A stretch of 64,000 nucleotides of DNA, taken from contig LT907983.1 in the NCBI GenBank assembly GCA_900230115.1, forward strand, positions 4,198,774-4,262,773, in the 5' to 3' direction. The DNA is from Spirosomataceae bacterium TFI 002 (lineage in GTDB: Bacteria > Bacteroidota > Bacteroidia > Cytophagales > Spirosomataceae). The notes beneath the pieces were generated by a model. The model saw nothing but the letters and a program-made list of their open reading frames with translations, did not search any database and was not told where the DNA came from. The position numbers were made by a program, and so were the translations under genes. Positions 25,152-35,360 of this stretch are shown here, piece after piece; position 1 is the stretch's first letter; every line of letters begins with the position of its first letter.

Positions 25152-25915
25152 AATATTTTCGTTGCGTCTTATTTGTTTTAGTAAGTTTCTATGCTTCCGC
25201 CCAAGAGAGAAATACTTTAAAAATCAATTTGCTTTCACCAGTATCTAAGATCTGGTCAGTTCAATACGAACTAAAAATTAACGACAGACTTTCCTTTAAT
25301 AACACCCTATTTTATAGAAAACAAAGTTCCATTCCATTTGCAGATGAGCTAGATAAAGTCGCAAAAAGTAGGGGTTTAGGAATCACAGGGGTTGATTTTA
25401 CCTACATTTTTATTGATAAATCTCAAATTGGTATAAAGGGATATTCTCCGGAATTACGATACTATTTCAAAAGTAAAAAACACCCTTGGTTTATTGGTGG
25501 ATTTGCTCAGTTTGAACAATTTGATATGACCGTACCAGCCTCGTTTTTAGTTAGGTACGATGGGTCCATTGCGAACGTAGAACTTCCTGTAGATTTCGAT
25601 ATTTCAACTACGAGTGGAGGGATTTTAATTGGTAAAAAATTCGTTTTTAATCGTGTTTCACTTGATGTAGTTTTGGTAGGGCCGCATTTTGGAAGTGCTA
25701 AAAAAGTAGACGCTCAAATTAACGAGCCGCTTCTAAATCGACTATCGGATGCCGATCAAGAATTTTTAAGACAAGGAGTTATAGAGAGGTTTAAGCTTGA
25801 TGAAAGCTATTTTAATGTAGGCGTTCTCGGAGAGCAAGCTAGGATTAATGCAAAACAAAAAGTTCCATATTTTGGTATAAGAGGACTAGGGTTTAACTTA
25901 GGTTATTCCTTTTAA
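25148..25915 (+). CDS. Putative outer-membrane beta-barrel protein (DUF3575-like), secreted
   Basis: Signal peptide MKYFRCVLFVLVSFYASAQ. Alternating hydrophobic pattern with a C-terminal ...GFNLGYSF. A 4-nt overlap with ltaE suggests co-transcription. Confidence 0.5.
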   Translation: MKYFRCVLFVLVSFYASAQERNTLKINLLSPVSKIWSVQYELKINDRLSFNNTLFYRKQSSIPFADELDKVAKSRGLGITGVDFTYIFIDKSQIGIKGYSPELRYYFKSKKHPWFIGGFAQFEQFDMTVPASFLVRYDGSIANVELPVDFDISTTSGGILIGKKFVFNRVSLDVVLVGPHFGSAKKVDAQINEPLLNRLSDADQEFLRQGVIERFKLDESYFNVGVLGEQARINAKQKVPYFGIRGLGFNLGYSF

Positions 25916-26640
25916 TGTTTGACGGTAATTTCATTTAAAGGAACTCTCCATCTAGGATTCGTAACACCTTCTGGCGTAGCTTTGCCACAAGCCACTATCA
26001 TTGTTATTTCAGCTTTTGAAGGTAAATTAAGTAGCTTTTTAGCCATTTTTTCATCAAACCCTTCCATTGGGCAAGTGGCATATCCTTCGTTTTGCATAGC
26101 AAGCATGAAAGTTTGAGCCGCCAATGCAGTTGATTTATGTGTTACGACACGTTGATCAGCCTTAGTAGTCAGTTGCATCATTGGTTTGCCTGCCAATCCT
26201 CTGAAAAGTACAATTGCCTTCCTTAATAAAGTTTTAAGAGGCCAAGGGAAATTATCATAAAACAAGGGAATGATTTTGGCGTAATAATCCATACCTCTTT
26301 TTTCCTGTTTAGTAAGAGAAGAAGGGTTTTCGACTTGGCTTTTGATTTTATCTAAATTCCAGTTTGCTCTTTCTTTCCATTTGTCCAGTCGCGAAACAAA
26401 TACTACCATTTCGGATGCTGTTCGAGCTGCACCTTGCCCCATGCTTATGGTAACTAGTTGTTCTTTTGCTTCAGGCGATATAACTCTATGAAATTCCCAT
26501 AACTGTAGGTTGGAGGAATTTGGAGATAATACCGCGAGTTCTAATGCCCTTTCTACTGCCGAATGATCGAACTTATGCGAAGCGTCAAACCTTCTTATTG
26601 ACCTTCTTTCGTTTACTAGTTCATTCAATGTCTTGCTCAT
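25912..26640 (-). CDS. Nitroreductase family protein
   Basis: RRSIRRFDASHKFDHSAVERALELAVLSPNSSNLQLWEF. Confidence 0.75.
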   Translation of the reverse strand: MSKTLNELVNERRSIRRFDASHKFDHSAVERALELAVLSPNSSNLQLWEFHRVISPEAKEQLVTISMGQGAARTASEMVVFVSRLDKWKERANWNLDKIKSQVENPSSLTKQEKRGMDYYAKIIPLFYDNFPWPLKTLLRKAIVLFRGLAGKPMMQLTTKADQRVVTHKSTALAAQTFMLAMQNEGYATCPMEGFDEKMAKKLLNLPSKAEITMIVACGKATPEGVTNPRWRVPLNEITVKH

Positions 26641-26649
26641 GTGGCAAGT

Positions 26650-27306
26650 TTAATGATTCTCTTTCAAAAGCTCAGGGAATTTAGCTTGAAACCTTTTCAG
26701 TCTAGGAACAGAAACATTTACAACGTACGACTGATTTGGGTTACGCTTTTCATAATCTTGGTGGTACTCTTCTGCTTTCCAAAACTTTTTGAATTTTACA
26801 ATTTCAGTAGCAATTGGTTGCTTGTATGCTCCACTAGCATCCAATGAGTCTTTAAAAGCAGTAGCAATTGCTTTTTCTTCATCGTTTTGATAATAAATCA
26901 TTGATCGATATTGCGGCCCAAAATCTGGTGCCTGACCATTAACTGTTGTGGGGTTATGTGAGCCATAGAATACTTTCACGAGTGTTTGGTAGCTAATTAC
27001 ATTTGGGTCATAAAAAACCTCTACTGCTTCAGCATGGCTAGTGAGTCCAGCTCCCACCTGTTGGTAAGTTGGGTTTGATTCTGTGCCACCACTGTAGCCA
27101 GATACAGACTCTTTTACTCCTTTTACACTTTCAAATACCGCCTCAACACACCAAAAACAACCACTAGCGAAATAAGCTTTTTGCAAACCTTGAAGTTCTT
27201 CTGCTGGAGTTTCTACATAAGTTGTTTGAGTATTGTTGCTAGAGCATTCTTCCAATTGGAAGGACATTAAAAGAGGCAAAAGACAAAATATTAGTAATTT
27301 TTTCAT
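26650..27306 (-). CDS. msrA: Peptide-methionine (S)-S-oxide reductase MsrA, secreted/lipoprotein form
   Basis: AYFASGCFWCVEAVFE...AEAVEVFYDP...YHQDYEKRNP. Confidence 0.9.
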   Translation of the reverse strand: MKKLLIFCLLPLLMSFQLEECSSNNTQTTYVETPAEELQGLQKAYFASGCFWCVEAVFESVKGVKESVSGYSGGTESNPTYQQVGAGLTSHAEAVEVFYDPNVISYQTLVKVFYGSHNPTTVNGQAPDFGPQYRSMIYYQNDEEKAIATAFKDSLDASGAYKQPIATEIVKFKKFWKAEEYHQDYEKRNPNQSYVVNVSVPRLKRFQAKFPELLKENH

Positions 27307-27318
27307 TGTGTTTTTATT

Positions 27319-28590
27319 TTAAATTACTCCTGCTTTTTCAATTGAATGATTCAGGAATTCTTTGTGATTAACTATTTTTTTTAAACGCACGACCAGATCA
27401 TACAATTCTTCAAAAGATTGATATAAAGGTGTTAGTGCAATTCTGATAATATTTGGAGGTCTGTGATCTGTTATGAAGACCTTCTCATCTTTCTTGTACG
27501 GATTGATCAACGAAAGGTTGATTCTGTATGCCTCTTCGTGCAATAAAGCAATGTGAGAGCCTCTATTTTCAAACTCAAGAGGTGTACCAATTTGGAAACC
27601 CAATTGCTCTAACTCTAATACAAACATCTCATTGAAATAGTTGAAAAGCTTTTCACTTTTCTGCCAAATCAAATTCTGATCGTAATTTATAAAAATATCT
27701 ACTCCAGATTCAATTCCTTTCAGAGATAGAATGGGAGGGGTGCCTACCAAAAATCCTTTGGCAGTTTGACTAGCTTCAAAATTTTGATCGAAATCAAATG
27801 GTTGTGCGTGTGAAAACCAACCCGAAATAGGGTTTCTTAGTTTTGTTGAAAGCTCTTTTTTGATGTAAATAAAAGCAGGAGCACCTGGCCCTCCATTGAG
27901 AAATTTGTAGGTACAACCCACAGCCATATCAATACCCATTTCCTTTACGTCAATACGCACAGCACCAATAGAATGGCTAAAATCCCATAGATTTAATGCC
28001 CCCACTTTACGAGCCTTTTCATTAATTGTAGCTACATCATATTTGAAACTAGTTTTGTAGGCTACGTGACTCAGGCTTACTAGGGCAGTATCTTTTCCAA
28101 TTGAATTTACGACTTTATCATTTTGATTAGTCACATCATTTTGGTCAATGACTTTAAGGCTGTTTTGGGGAAACGAGTCTTTTATTAAGCTTTGGAAAAT
28201 GTAAAGATCGCTTGGGAAATTTAGGGAATCAGTTAAAATCTTAGCCTTCTGCTGTTGGGCTTTGAGAGCAGCAAAAGCAAGTTTATAGAGGTTTACTGAG
28301 ACACTATCGCACACGATTACTTCATCGGGTTCGGCATTGATAAGTTTCGCAATCTTGGCGGCAGTTCTTTCGTGACTAGCCAGCCAGTCTTCATTCCAGC
28401 TACGGATCAACCTTTTGCCCCATTGATTCTCAACAGTTTCTTTGATTATGTCTATGGTTTTTAGAGGTAATACTCCTAAGGAGTTTCCATCCAAGTAGGC
28501 ACAATTAGGATCTAAATTGAATTGGTTTCTCACTTCTTTCAAAGGGTCTTTTGTATCCAACTCTTTAGCCTTGCTGAGTAAATTGTGCAT
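27319..28590 (-). CDS. kynU: Kynureninase (PLP-dependent)
   Basis: The start at MHNLLSKAKELD overlaps the upstream stop as TAATG. Motifs: LDGNSLGVLP...IRSWNEDW...SVSVNLYKLAF...CTYKFLNGGPGA. Confidence 0.85.
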   Translation of the reverse strand: MHNLLSKAKELDTKDPLKEVRNQFNLDPNCAYLDGNSLGVLPLKTIDIIKETVENQWGKRLIRSWNEDWLASHERTAAKIAKLINAEPDEVIVCDSVSVNLYKLAFAALKAQQQKAKILTDSLNFPSDLYIFQSLIKDSFPQNSLKVIDQNDVTNQNDKVVNSIGKDTALVSLSHVAYKTSFKYDVATINEKARKVGALNLWDFSHSIGAVRIDVKEMGIDMAVGCTYKFLNGGPGAPAFIYIKKELSTKLRNPISGWFSHAQPFDFDQNFEASQTAKGFLVGTPPILSLKGIESGVDIFINYDQNLIWQKSEKLFNYFNEMFVLELEQLGFQIGTPLEFENRGSHIALLHEEAYRINLSLINPYKKDEKVFITDHRPPNIIRIALTPLYQSFEELYDLVVRLKKIVNHKEFLNHSIEKAGVI

Positions 28591-29276
28591 TATTTCAATT
28601 TTTGAATTACAATCGGAGTGATTTTTTCTACCCAAGCGGTATACATATCTCCAGAAGGGTGCAAGCCATCACCTGCTACATAGTTAGGCTTGTTTGAGGC
28701 TTCACGTGATATAGGTGTGATATCTATATAGGTTACTCCTTTAGCTTTGCAAATTTCTTCGGAAGCAGCATTGTACTCATCAATTTCTAACGATATTTTC
28801 ATTGGGTTTCTAGATTGTGCGAAAGGCGTAACGCCATAATCTGGTATGGAAACCACGAAAACCTTGTCTTTGTTTCCTCCGGCGAATCCTATTGCACGAT
28901 CTAGTAAAGCACTGAATTCTGGTTTAAATTCTCCAACTGGTTTTCCTCTATATTGATTGTTTACTCCAATAAGTAATGAGACGATATCATATTCTTTTTC
29001 TAAGTTGGATCTGTCTATTGCAGCATTTAGTTCGTCGGTTGTCCAACCCGTTTTTGCAACAATAACAGGTTCATTGAGTTCAAAACCCCCATTGTTGAGT
29101 TTTTGAGCCAATTGTACTGGCCACCTAAGGTCTGTAGAAACACTTTCACCGATGGTGTAAGAGTCGCCCAGAGCGAGATAAGATATTTTGCTATTTGAAT
29201 TGTTGGGTATCACTTTCTTTTGACAAGATGTCAAAGCAAAGAACGCAAGAAGTATTGATAAGATTGAATATTTCAA
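28590..29276 (-). CDS. SGNH/GDSL hydrolase family lipoprotein
   Basis: Lipobox LTSC, a GDSYT block and a DGLHPS block. Confidence 0.75.
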   Translation of the reverse strand: MKYSILSILLAFFALTSCQKKVIPNNSNSKISYLALGDSYTIGESVSTDLRWPVQLAQKLNNGGFELNEPVIVAKTGWTTDELNAAIDRSNLEKEYDIVSLLIGVNNQYRGKPVGEFKPEFSALLDRAIGFAGGNKDKVFVVSIPDYGVTPFAQSRNPMKISLEIDEYNAASEEICKAKGVTYIDITPISREASNKPNYVAGDGLHPSGDMYTAWVEKITPIVIQKLK

Positions 29277-29473
29277 ATTAGTAAGTTTTAGTATAAATAC
29301 GAATAGAAACCTGTTTTGGTTTTGAAGCGGTCGATAATCTTGAATTTCGTTTAGAACTTTAGAATAAAAATATATAGTAAAGCTAAGTCTGTACTAATAG
29401 GAACCGAATCATTTTACATTCCTATATTGTACGCAATTCAATCAAATTAGAACTTTTGCTATTCGTTTAATCA

Positions 29474-30553
29474 ATGAAAAACATAATCGGTATTTTATTC
29501 TTTTGCCCATTTCTATTAATGTCATGTGCTAAAAAAGAAAGTTTGAATTCATCCAAAATAAAAGAAAACTCATTCAAAGTACACCGAGGAACCAATATCG
29601 CACACTGGTTAAGCCAAAGTAAGAAAAGGGGAGAGGATAGAGCAATGTTTTTTACAGAAGCAGATGTTGCTTTCATTGATTCTGTTGGTTTTGATCATAT
29701 CCGAATGCCAGTTGACGAAGAGCAACTATGGGACCAAGGCGGTAACCGCAACGAAGAAGCATTTAAGCTATTAGATAATTTCCTCGGCTGGGCTCAAAAA
29801 TATGAATTGAAGGTAATTCTAGACTTACATAAACTGCGTTCGCACCATTTCAATGCAACAGAGAAGCCACTATGGGAAAAGCCAGAAGAACAGCAGAAGT
29901 TTATTAAGCTTTGGAAGGACTTGGCAAGTGCAGTGAATAAGTATCCTAACTCAATGTTGGCATACGAATTCATGAATGAACCTGTGGCGGATACTGCCGA
30001 AGAATGGAACAAACTACTTGGAATGGTCGCTGATTCTATTCGCTCATGGGAGCCAAAGCGAGTACTTGTTATTGGCTCAAATCGCTGGCAATCTGTTAAT
30101 ACATTTGATGAGTTAAGAGTGCCTGCAAATGATAAAAACATACTTCTGAGTTTTCATTTTTATGAGCCTTTCTACTTGAGCCATTACAGAGCTTCGTGGA
30201 CAAAAATGAAGGATTTTGCAGGTGAGGTAAATTACCCAGGGCAGATAGTAGTAAATGGTGTTACACAGGAAGAAAAACGAATTTACAATCGTGAATCGCT
30301 CGAGAAAATGATGGCAAAACCTATTCACTTGGCTGATAGTCTAGGACTGCCGCTGTATTGTGGGGAGTTTGGAATAATTGATGGCTCGCCAGAAAATGCC
30401 AAACTTGCTTGGTACAAAGACATGGTTGCAATTTTTGAAAAACACAAGATTGGCTATGCCAACTGGAACTACAAAGCTGGTTCGTTTGGTATTGTGGATA
30501 AGGATATGAAACCAAGAGGGGAGTATGTTGAAATTCTTACTAAGGAGAATTAA
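29474..30553 (+). CDS. Glycoside hydrolase family 5 (endoglucanase-like) lipoprotein
   Basis: Lipobox LLMSC. HRGTNIAHWLSQ...FDHIRMPV..., FMNEP (catalytic acid/base) and ...CGEFG (nucleophile Glu). Confidence 0.8.
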   Translation: MKNIIGILFFCPFLLMSCAKKESLNSSKIKENSFKVHRGTNIAHWLSQSKKRGEDRAMFFTEADVAFIDSVGFDHIRMPVDEEQLWDQGGNRNEEAFKLLDNFLGWAQKYELKVILDLHKLRSHHFNATEKPLWEKPEEQQKFIKLWKDLASAVNKYPNSMLAYEFMNEPVADTAEEWNKLLGMVADSIRSWEPKRVLVIGSNRWQSVNTFDELRVPANDKNILLSFHFYEPFYLSHYRASWTKMKDFAGEVNYPGQIVVNGVTQEEKRIYNRESLEKMMAKPIHLADSLGLPLYCGEFGIIDGSPENAKLAWYKDMVAIFEKHKIGYANWNYKAGSFGIVDKDMKPRGEYVEILTKEN

Positions 30554-30658
30554 AACCCACACTTTCTGAGAAGGTGCCGTTAAAAAAATACTTTAGTCAT
30601 TTCATAAAGGATATTATTTACTCATGTAAATTGGGGATTCAAATCAATTAATCCACTT

Positions 30659-31225
30659 ATGGAATTCCTCAACGAGCTAGAACCGTTCTTGAAAATCTTT
30701 TGGTACGTCGCTATTCCGACTAGTTTAATTTTTGTTATTCAAACCATACTCACTTTTTCAGGTATGGGTGCAAGTGATGGAATAGATGCAGACTTTGATG
30801 GAGATTTCAATGGAGAAGATACCCCGTTTCAAATATTTTCACTCAGAAATTTGATTAATTTTCTACTTGGATTTAGTTGGACTGGGATATCATTGTACCA
30901 CAGCATTTCTAACGAATTCGCTCTTATTGGAATCTCATTTATAGTGGGGTTTCTATTTGTGTTTCTTTTTTTTGTGGTGATAAATCAAGTACAAAAACTT
31001 GCTGAAGACAACACATTTAAAATTCAAAACGTAGTTGGTAAAACTGGCGAAGTGTATCTTAATATTCCAGCAGAAAAAAATGGTAAAGGCAAAGTAATGG
31101 TGAGTGTGAATGGAGCATATCATGAGCTTGATGCTGTTACTGAAGGAAAAGCGTTAAAACCTCACAGCCTTGTAAAAATCAAATCACTCGAAAGTGGGAA
31201 TCTTCTTATCGTAGAATCAATTTAA
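30659..31225 (+). CDS. NfeD-like membrane protein (flotillin partner, OB-fold C-terminus)
   Basis: Two or three TM helices, then VGKTGEVYLNIPAEKNGKGKVMVSVNGAYHELDAV. Lies immediately upstream of the flotillin gene. Confidence 0.7.
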   Translation: MEFLNELEPFLKIFWYVAIPTSLIFVIQTILTFSGMGASDGIDADFDGDFNGEDTPFQIFSLRNLINFLLGFSWTGISLYHSISNEFALIGISFIVGFLFVFLFFVVINQVQKLAEDNTFKIQNVVGKTGEVYLNIPAEKNGKGKVMVSVNGAYHELDAVTEGKALKPHSLVKIKSLESGNLLIVESI

Positions 31226-31235
31226 TCAAAACTAT

Positions 31236-32765
31236 ATGAGTCCAATTATTATTATTGTTGTTGCTGCTGTTGTGCTTTTTGTAACAATAGCTGCATTAGT
31301 TGCAAGGTACAAAAGGTGCCCCTCTGACAAAATTCTTGTCATTTATGGTAGAACGGGTGGTACCTCTGCAAAGTGTATTCATGGTGGTGGGGCATTTGTA
31401 TGGCCAGTTATTCAGGATTACGCTTACCTCGACCTTAAGCCACTTTCTATTGAAGCCAACTTAACTAATGCTCTAAGTAGACAAAATATTAGGGTTGATG
31501 TCCCTTGTCGATTTACAATTGCGATATCCACAGAAACTGATAATATGAATACAGCGGCTGAAAGATTACTTGGCTTAACTTCAGTTGATATTCAAGAATT
31601 AGCTAAAGACATTTTATTCGGTCAGTTGAGATTGGTAATTGCCACCATGACAATTGAAGAAATCAACTCGGATCGAGATAAGTTTTTGGAGAATATTTCT
31701 AAAAACGTAGATAGCGAACTGAAGAAAATTGGTCTAAAGCTGATAAACGTAAACGTAACTGATATCAAGGACGAGTCTGGTTATATTGAAGCTTTAGGAA
31801 AAGAAGCCGCTGCAAAAGCAATCAACGAAGCAATCATTAGTGTAGCCGAACAAGAGAAGATAGGAGAGACAGGAAAAGCCCTTGCAGATAGAGAAAAAGA
31901 TGTTCAAATTGCAGAGACGCATAGAGACAGAGATGTTCAAATTGCAATCACAAACAAGAATAAAGAAATCAGTATTGCTACTGCTCGGAGAGACGAAACT
32001 ATTGGAAAAGCAGAGGCAGAAAGAGATACAAGAGTTAAGACTTCCGAAGCTAACGCAATTGCCATACAAGGTGAAAACGAAGCGAAAATTCAAATCGCTC
32101 AATCTGAGGCATTGCGAAGAGAGAAAGAAGCAGAAGCTTTAAAAATTGCTTTGGCATCGGAAAAAGTACAAAGTGCTAGAGCATTGGAGGAGTCTTACAT
32201 TGCTGAGCAAAAAGCCGAAACTGCGAGAGCAGAAAGAGAAAGATCAACTCAAAATGCAAACGTTGTTGTTCCTGCCGAAATAGCTAAACAAAGGGCGATT
32301 ATTGAAGCTCAGGCAGAAGCTGAAAGAATAAGAGAGCAAGCCAAAGGAGAGGCAGATGCAATTTTTGCCAAAATGGATGCTGAAGCAAAGGGACTTTACG
32401 AAATCTTGACCAAACAAGCAGAAGGTTACAAAGATGTTGTTTCTGCTGCTGGCGGTGATCCAAATAAGGCTTTCCAGTTATTGCTTATCGAGAAACTACC
32501 TGAATTAGTGAGAACTCAAGTTGAAGCAGTCAAAAACATTAAAATTGACAAAATCACTGTTTGGGATTCTGGAAATGGAAATAGTGAAAATTCATCAACA
32601 GCCAACTTTGTATCCGGAATGATGAAAACAGTTCCACCTTTAAACGACTTGTTTAATATGGCAGGCCTTGATTTACCAGATTACTTAAAGGGCAACAAAT
32701 CAATTCCGGAAGAGACTAAAAAAGAGGTAAATAAAGAAGATAAGCCCCAAAGGAATAATGAATGA
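31236..32765 (+). CDS. Flotillin-like SPFH/band-7 protein
   Basis: N-terminal TM. The SPFH core is RYKRCPSDKILVIYGRTGG...DVPCRFTIAIS, with a long EA-rich coiled-coil (AEAERD...). Confidence 0.85.
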   Translation: MSPIIIIVVAAVVLFVTIAALVARYKRCPSDKILVIYGRTGGTSAKCIHGGGAFVWPVIQDYAYLDLKPLSIEANLTNALSRQNIRVDVPCRFTIAISTETDNMNTAAERLLGLTSVDIQELAKDILFGQLRLVIATMTIEEINSDRDKFLENISKNVDSELKKIGLKLINVNVTDIKDESGYIEALGKEAAAKAINEAIISVAEQEKIGETGKALADREKDVQIAETHRDRDVQIAITNKNKEISIATARRDETIGKAEAERDTRVKTSEANAIAIQGENEAKIQIAQSEALRREKEAEALKIALASEKVQSARALEESYIAEQKAETARAERERSTQNANVVVPAEIAKQRAIIEAQAEAERIREQAKGEADAIFAKMDAEAKGLYEILTKQAEGYKDVVSAAGGDPNKAFQLLLIEKLPELVRTQVEAVKNIKIDKITVWDSGNGNSENSSTANFVSGMMKTVPPLNDLFNMAGLDLPDYLKGNKSIPEETKKEVNKEDKPQRNNE

Positions 32766-32884
32766 ATTGAATTGTTCATAAATCATTAAAGAGCTGCCTA
32801 AGGGTGGCTCTTTTGCTTCATAATAGCTATTTGTCGATAAGTAGGTTCTTCTGATTAAATTGAAGTTAAAGGATCAACAAGAAT

Positions 32885-33130
32885 GAATTCCCCGCTGGAA
32901 AGCGAACCGAAAAGAAAGAGGGGGGAGTTTTGGAGTTCGAAGAAAAAGAATCCATTCAAGCAGTATTTGGCAGCTTCTTATTCATATTTAAATTTACTCG
33001 GACGCCAGTAGAAAAACATAAACTCCCAATTGGAAAGTGAGCCGGAGAACTGGTTTCGTCTATTTTGGCGAAGAAGGAAAAGAGCCAATTGAAACAGTTA
33101 AGGCTACTTTTGAATTTACTTGGACAGCTT
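32885..33130. repeat. Degenerate tandem direct repeat (two copies of about 115 bp) in the intergenic region upstream of the MFS gene
   Basis: Copy A runs about 32890-33006 and copy B about 33023-33128. Shared blocks are c.ggaaag.ga.ccg.a, ttttgg.g..cgaaga..gaaaaaga..c.att.aa.cagt and tttgaatttact.ggac.gc. Confidence 0.55.
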
Positions 33131-33146
33131 TAATTAAAAAAACTAC

Positions 33147-34337
33147 TTGCCATTAAAACCATTCTCTACTTTTGTCCCAATGACCCCAATTCTTAAAAGT
33201 CGAATTGCTATTTCGACCTTCTTTTTTGTTAATGGATTTCTCTACGCCAATCTCATGGCTCGGATTCCTGAGCTTCAAGCGTTTTTCGAAATTTCGAATA
33301 GCACATTGGGTAACATGCTTTTCATGGTTGCTTTTGGAGCTTTGATAGCCTTACCACTCACAGGTTGGTTGACAATTAAGTTTGGCTCCGATATAATTTT
33401 GCGAATAGCTACTGTTCTTTTTTGCTTGAGTGTTCCACTTATTGTGATTCAAGAAAACATTTGGATTGCGGTATTTTTTGCTGCTCTCACAGGAGCATTT
33501 ATGGGAGCTATGGATGTTTGCATGAATGGTCAGGCAATCTATGTTGAGCGACTCTACAAGCGACCTATAAATTCTTCATTTCATGCGATTTTTAGTATTG
33601 GTATGGCTGTTGGTGCAGTTACGGGTGGGATGTTTGCTAAGATAGGTTTTACACTTTTTCACCATTTAATGACTTTTTCAGTGGTATTACTCATTGCATC
33701 TATTTTAGCTTCATTTTATGTGGTAGAAGATGTTGAAACAGCAAATAAAGGTAATGATCATAGCAAGGGTTTCCAATGGCCTACAAAGGCAATCATCCCT
33801 TTAGGAATTATTGCATTTTGCAGCATGACTGGTGAAGGTTCTCTCACCGACTGGTCTTCTATGTTTATGAATAAGGTTGTAGGTAAGGATCTTGCTTTTA
33901 GTGCTTTTGCTTTTGGCGTTTACGCAACAGGAATGACCATTGGTAGGCTGTTTGGAGATCGTCTTCGGACTATGTTGGGTGATCGTAAATTGCTCGTTTA
34001 CAATACTATACTTTCATTTGTTGGATTAAGTATTGCCATATTTTTTGCTACGCCTTATACGACTTTGGGTGGTTTTTTTATTGTTGGCTTAGGTGTTGCT
34101 AATATTGTTCCTGTGATTTTTTCTTTGGCAGGAAATACAAAAGGAGTAAACCCAGCGGTTGGTATTTCTATGGTGACGAGTATTGGTTACACTGGCTTTT
34201 TTGTAGGCCCACCTACGATCGGTTACTTATCTGATCTTTTTAACCTGAGAATTGCGTTTACATTTACCCTACTGCTATTTTTTGTTATGCTTATTTTTGT
34301 CCTGAAGTTTATAAAAAAAAACAGTATTGTTGAATGA
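33147..34337 (+). CDS. MFS transporter
   Basis: Twelve predicted TM helices with MFS-like loops (GRLFGDRLR). Alternative start at 33180. Confidence 0.75.
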   Translation: MPLKPFSTFVPMTPILKSRIAISTFFFVNGFLYANLMARIPELQAFFEISNSTLGNMLFMVAFGALIALPLTGWLTIKFGSDIILRIATVLFCLSVPLIVIQENIWIAVFFAALTGAFMGAMDVCMNGQAIYVERLYKRPINSSFHAIFSIGMAVGAVTGGMFAKIGFTLFHHLMTFSVVLLIASILASFYVVEDVETANKGNDHSKGFQWPTKAIIPLGIIAFCSMTGEGSLTDWSSMFMNKVVGKDLAFSAFAFGVYATGMTIGRLFGDRLRTMLGDRKLLVYNTILSFVGLSIAIFFATPYTTLGGFFIVGLGVANIVPVIFSLAGNTKGVNPAVGISMVTSIGYTGFFVGPPTIGYLSDLFNLRIAFTFTLLLFFVMLIFVLKFIKKNSIVE

Positions 34338-35305
34338 AAAGTGAGTTAAAAACTACGAGCATTGATGTTAAAAAATCTCCTTCTCAGCAGCAGTATGAAA
34401 CCTTGGTACACAACATAGCCGAGAGCCAAGCAGAAAAAGAAAACCTGAAAAATGTCCTAAGAAAACTAGCTCCAAGGATACAAAAAGAACTGTTACCGCT
34501 CATACGGAAACGCACATCATCCATTCGCTCAAGACTTATCCGTTTAGATACACTTGCCGACGAGATAGGAGTAAGCAAAGAAAATGCAGCTTATTTCGAG
34601 CAATTTATGATTGCCAAGGTAATAGAATTCTTGCAAGACAAAGACTTCAAAGATGATGACTTAGTAGAAATTTACAAGAAATACAAAGGCGAAAGTCCAG
34701 CACCTGATTTGGAGGATAAGCTATTCGAAAGGCAAGAGAAAGACCACCAACAAGATGCCGATACTTTTGAGCCATACGAATCCAAAGATTATGACTTTCA
34801 AAAGGCTCATAAAGATACCAAGCAAGAAAAAGTACTTACGCAAGACTCAAAGGCAGTTTACATGAGGTTGATGAAGAAATTTCATCCAGACTTGGAACAA
34901 GATGAATTGCTAAAAGTGGAGAAAACAGCCATTGTACAAAAAATAACCAAAGCTTATAAAGACAAAGACTTCTTCAAATTGCTTGATCTACAATTCCAAT
35001 ATTTGGATAATGATGCTCAGGCTCTTGGCGATGAGCTCCTAAAGCAATACAATAATATGCTAGCCAAACAATTGGCTGGAATCAAGCAAGAAATTGAGGT
35101 TATTAAGTTGAATTCAAAAGACATATTCGAAGACTTTTTTGACCACAATACCATTTTTAGCGAACGCAGGTTTAGAGCATCCAAGAAAAACCTAAAAATA
35201 GAAATTGATAGCATAGAAGCCGACACAAGAGAATCATTTAAAAATGACAAAGGCTGGTTCAAAGCCTGGGTAAGAGAGATTAGGGATATGTCGGTTGGGT
35301 TTTGA
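34334..35305 (+). CDS. Hypothetical coiled-coil protein with a J-domain-like segment (HPD motif)
   Basis: AVYMRLMKKFHPDLEQDELLKVEKTAIVQKITKAYKDKD resembles a DnaJ J-domain helix II-III with HPD. A 4-nt ATGA overlap with the MFS gene. Confidence 0.5.
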   Translation: MKSELKTTSIDVKKSPSQQQYETLVHNIAESQAEKENLKNVLRKLAPRIQKELLPLIRKRTSSIRSRLIRLDTLADEIGVSKENAAYFEQFMIAKVIEFLQDKDFKDDDLVEIYKKYKGESPAPDLEDKLFERQEKDHQQDADTFEPYESKDYDFQKAHKDTKQEKVLTQDSKAVYMRLMKKFHPDLEQDELLKVEKTAIVQKITKAYKDKDFFKLLDLQFQYLDNDAQALGDELLKQYNNMLAKQLAGIKQEIEVIKLNSKDIFEDFFDHNTIFSERRFRASKKNLKIEIDSIEADTRESFKNDKGWFKAWVREIRDMSVGF

Positions 35306-35360
35306 ATGCTGAGATTAGGGGGTGTTTGGTGGTTTTTGGTTGAGGTTTTAATCTAGAGAT

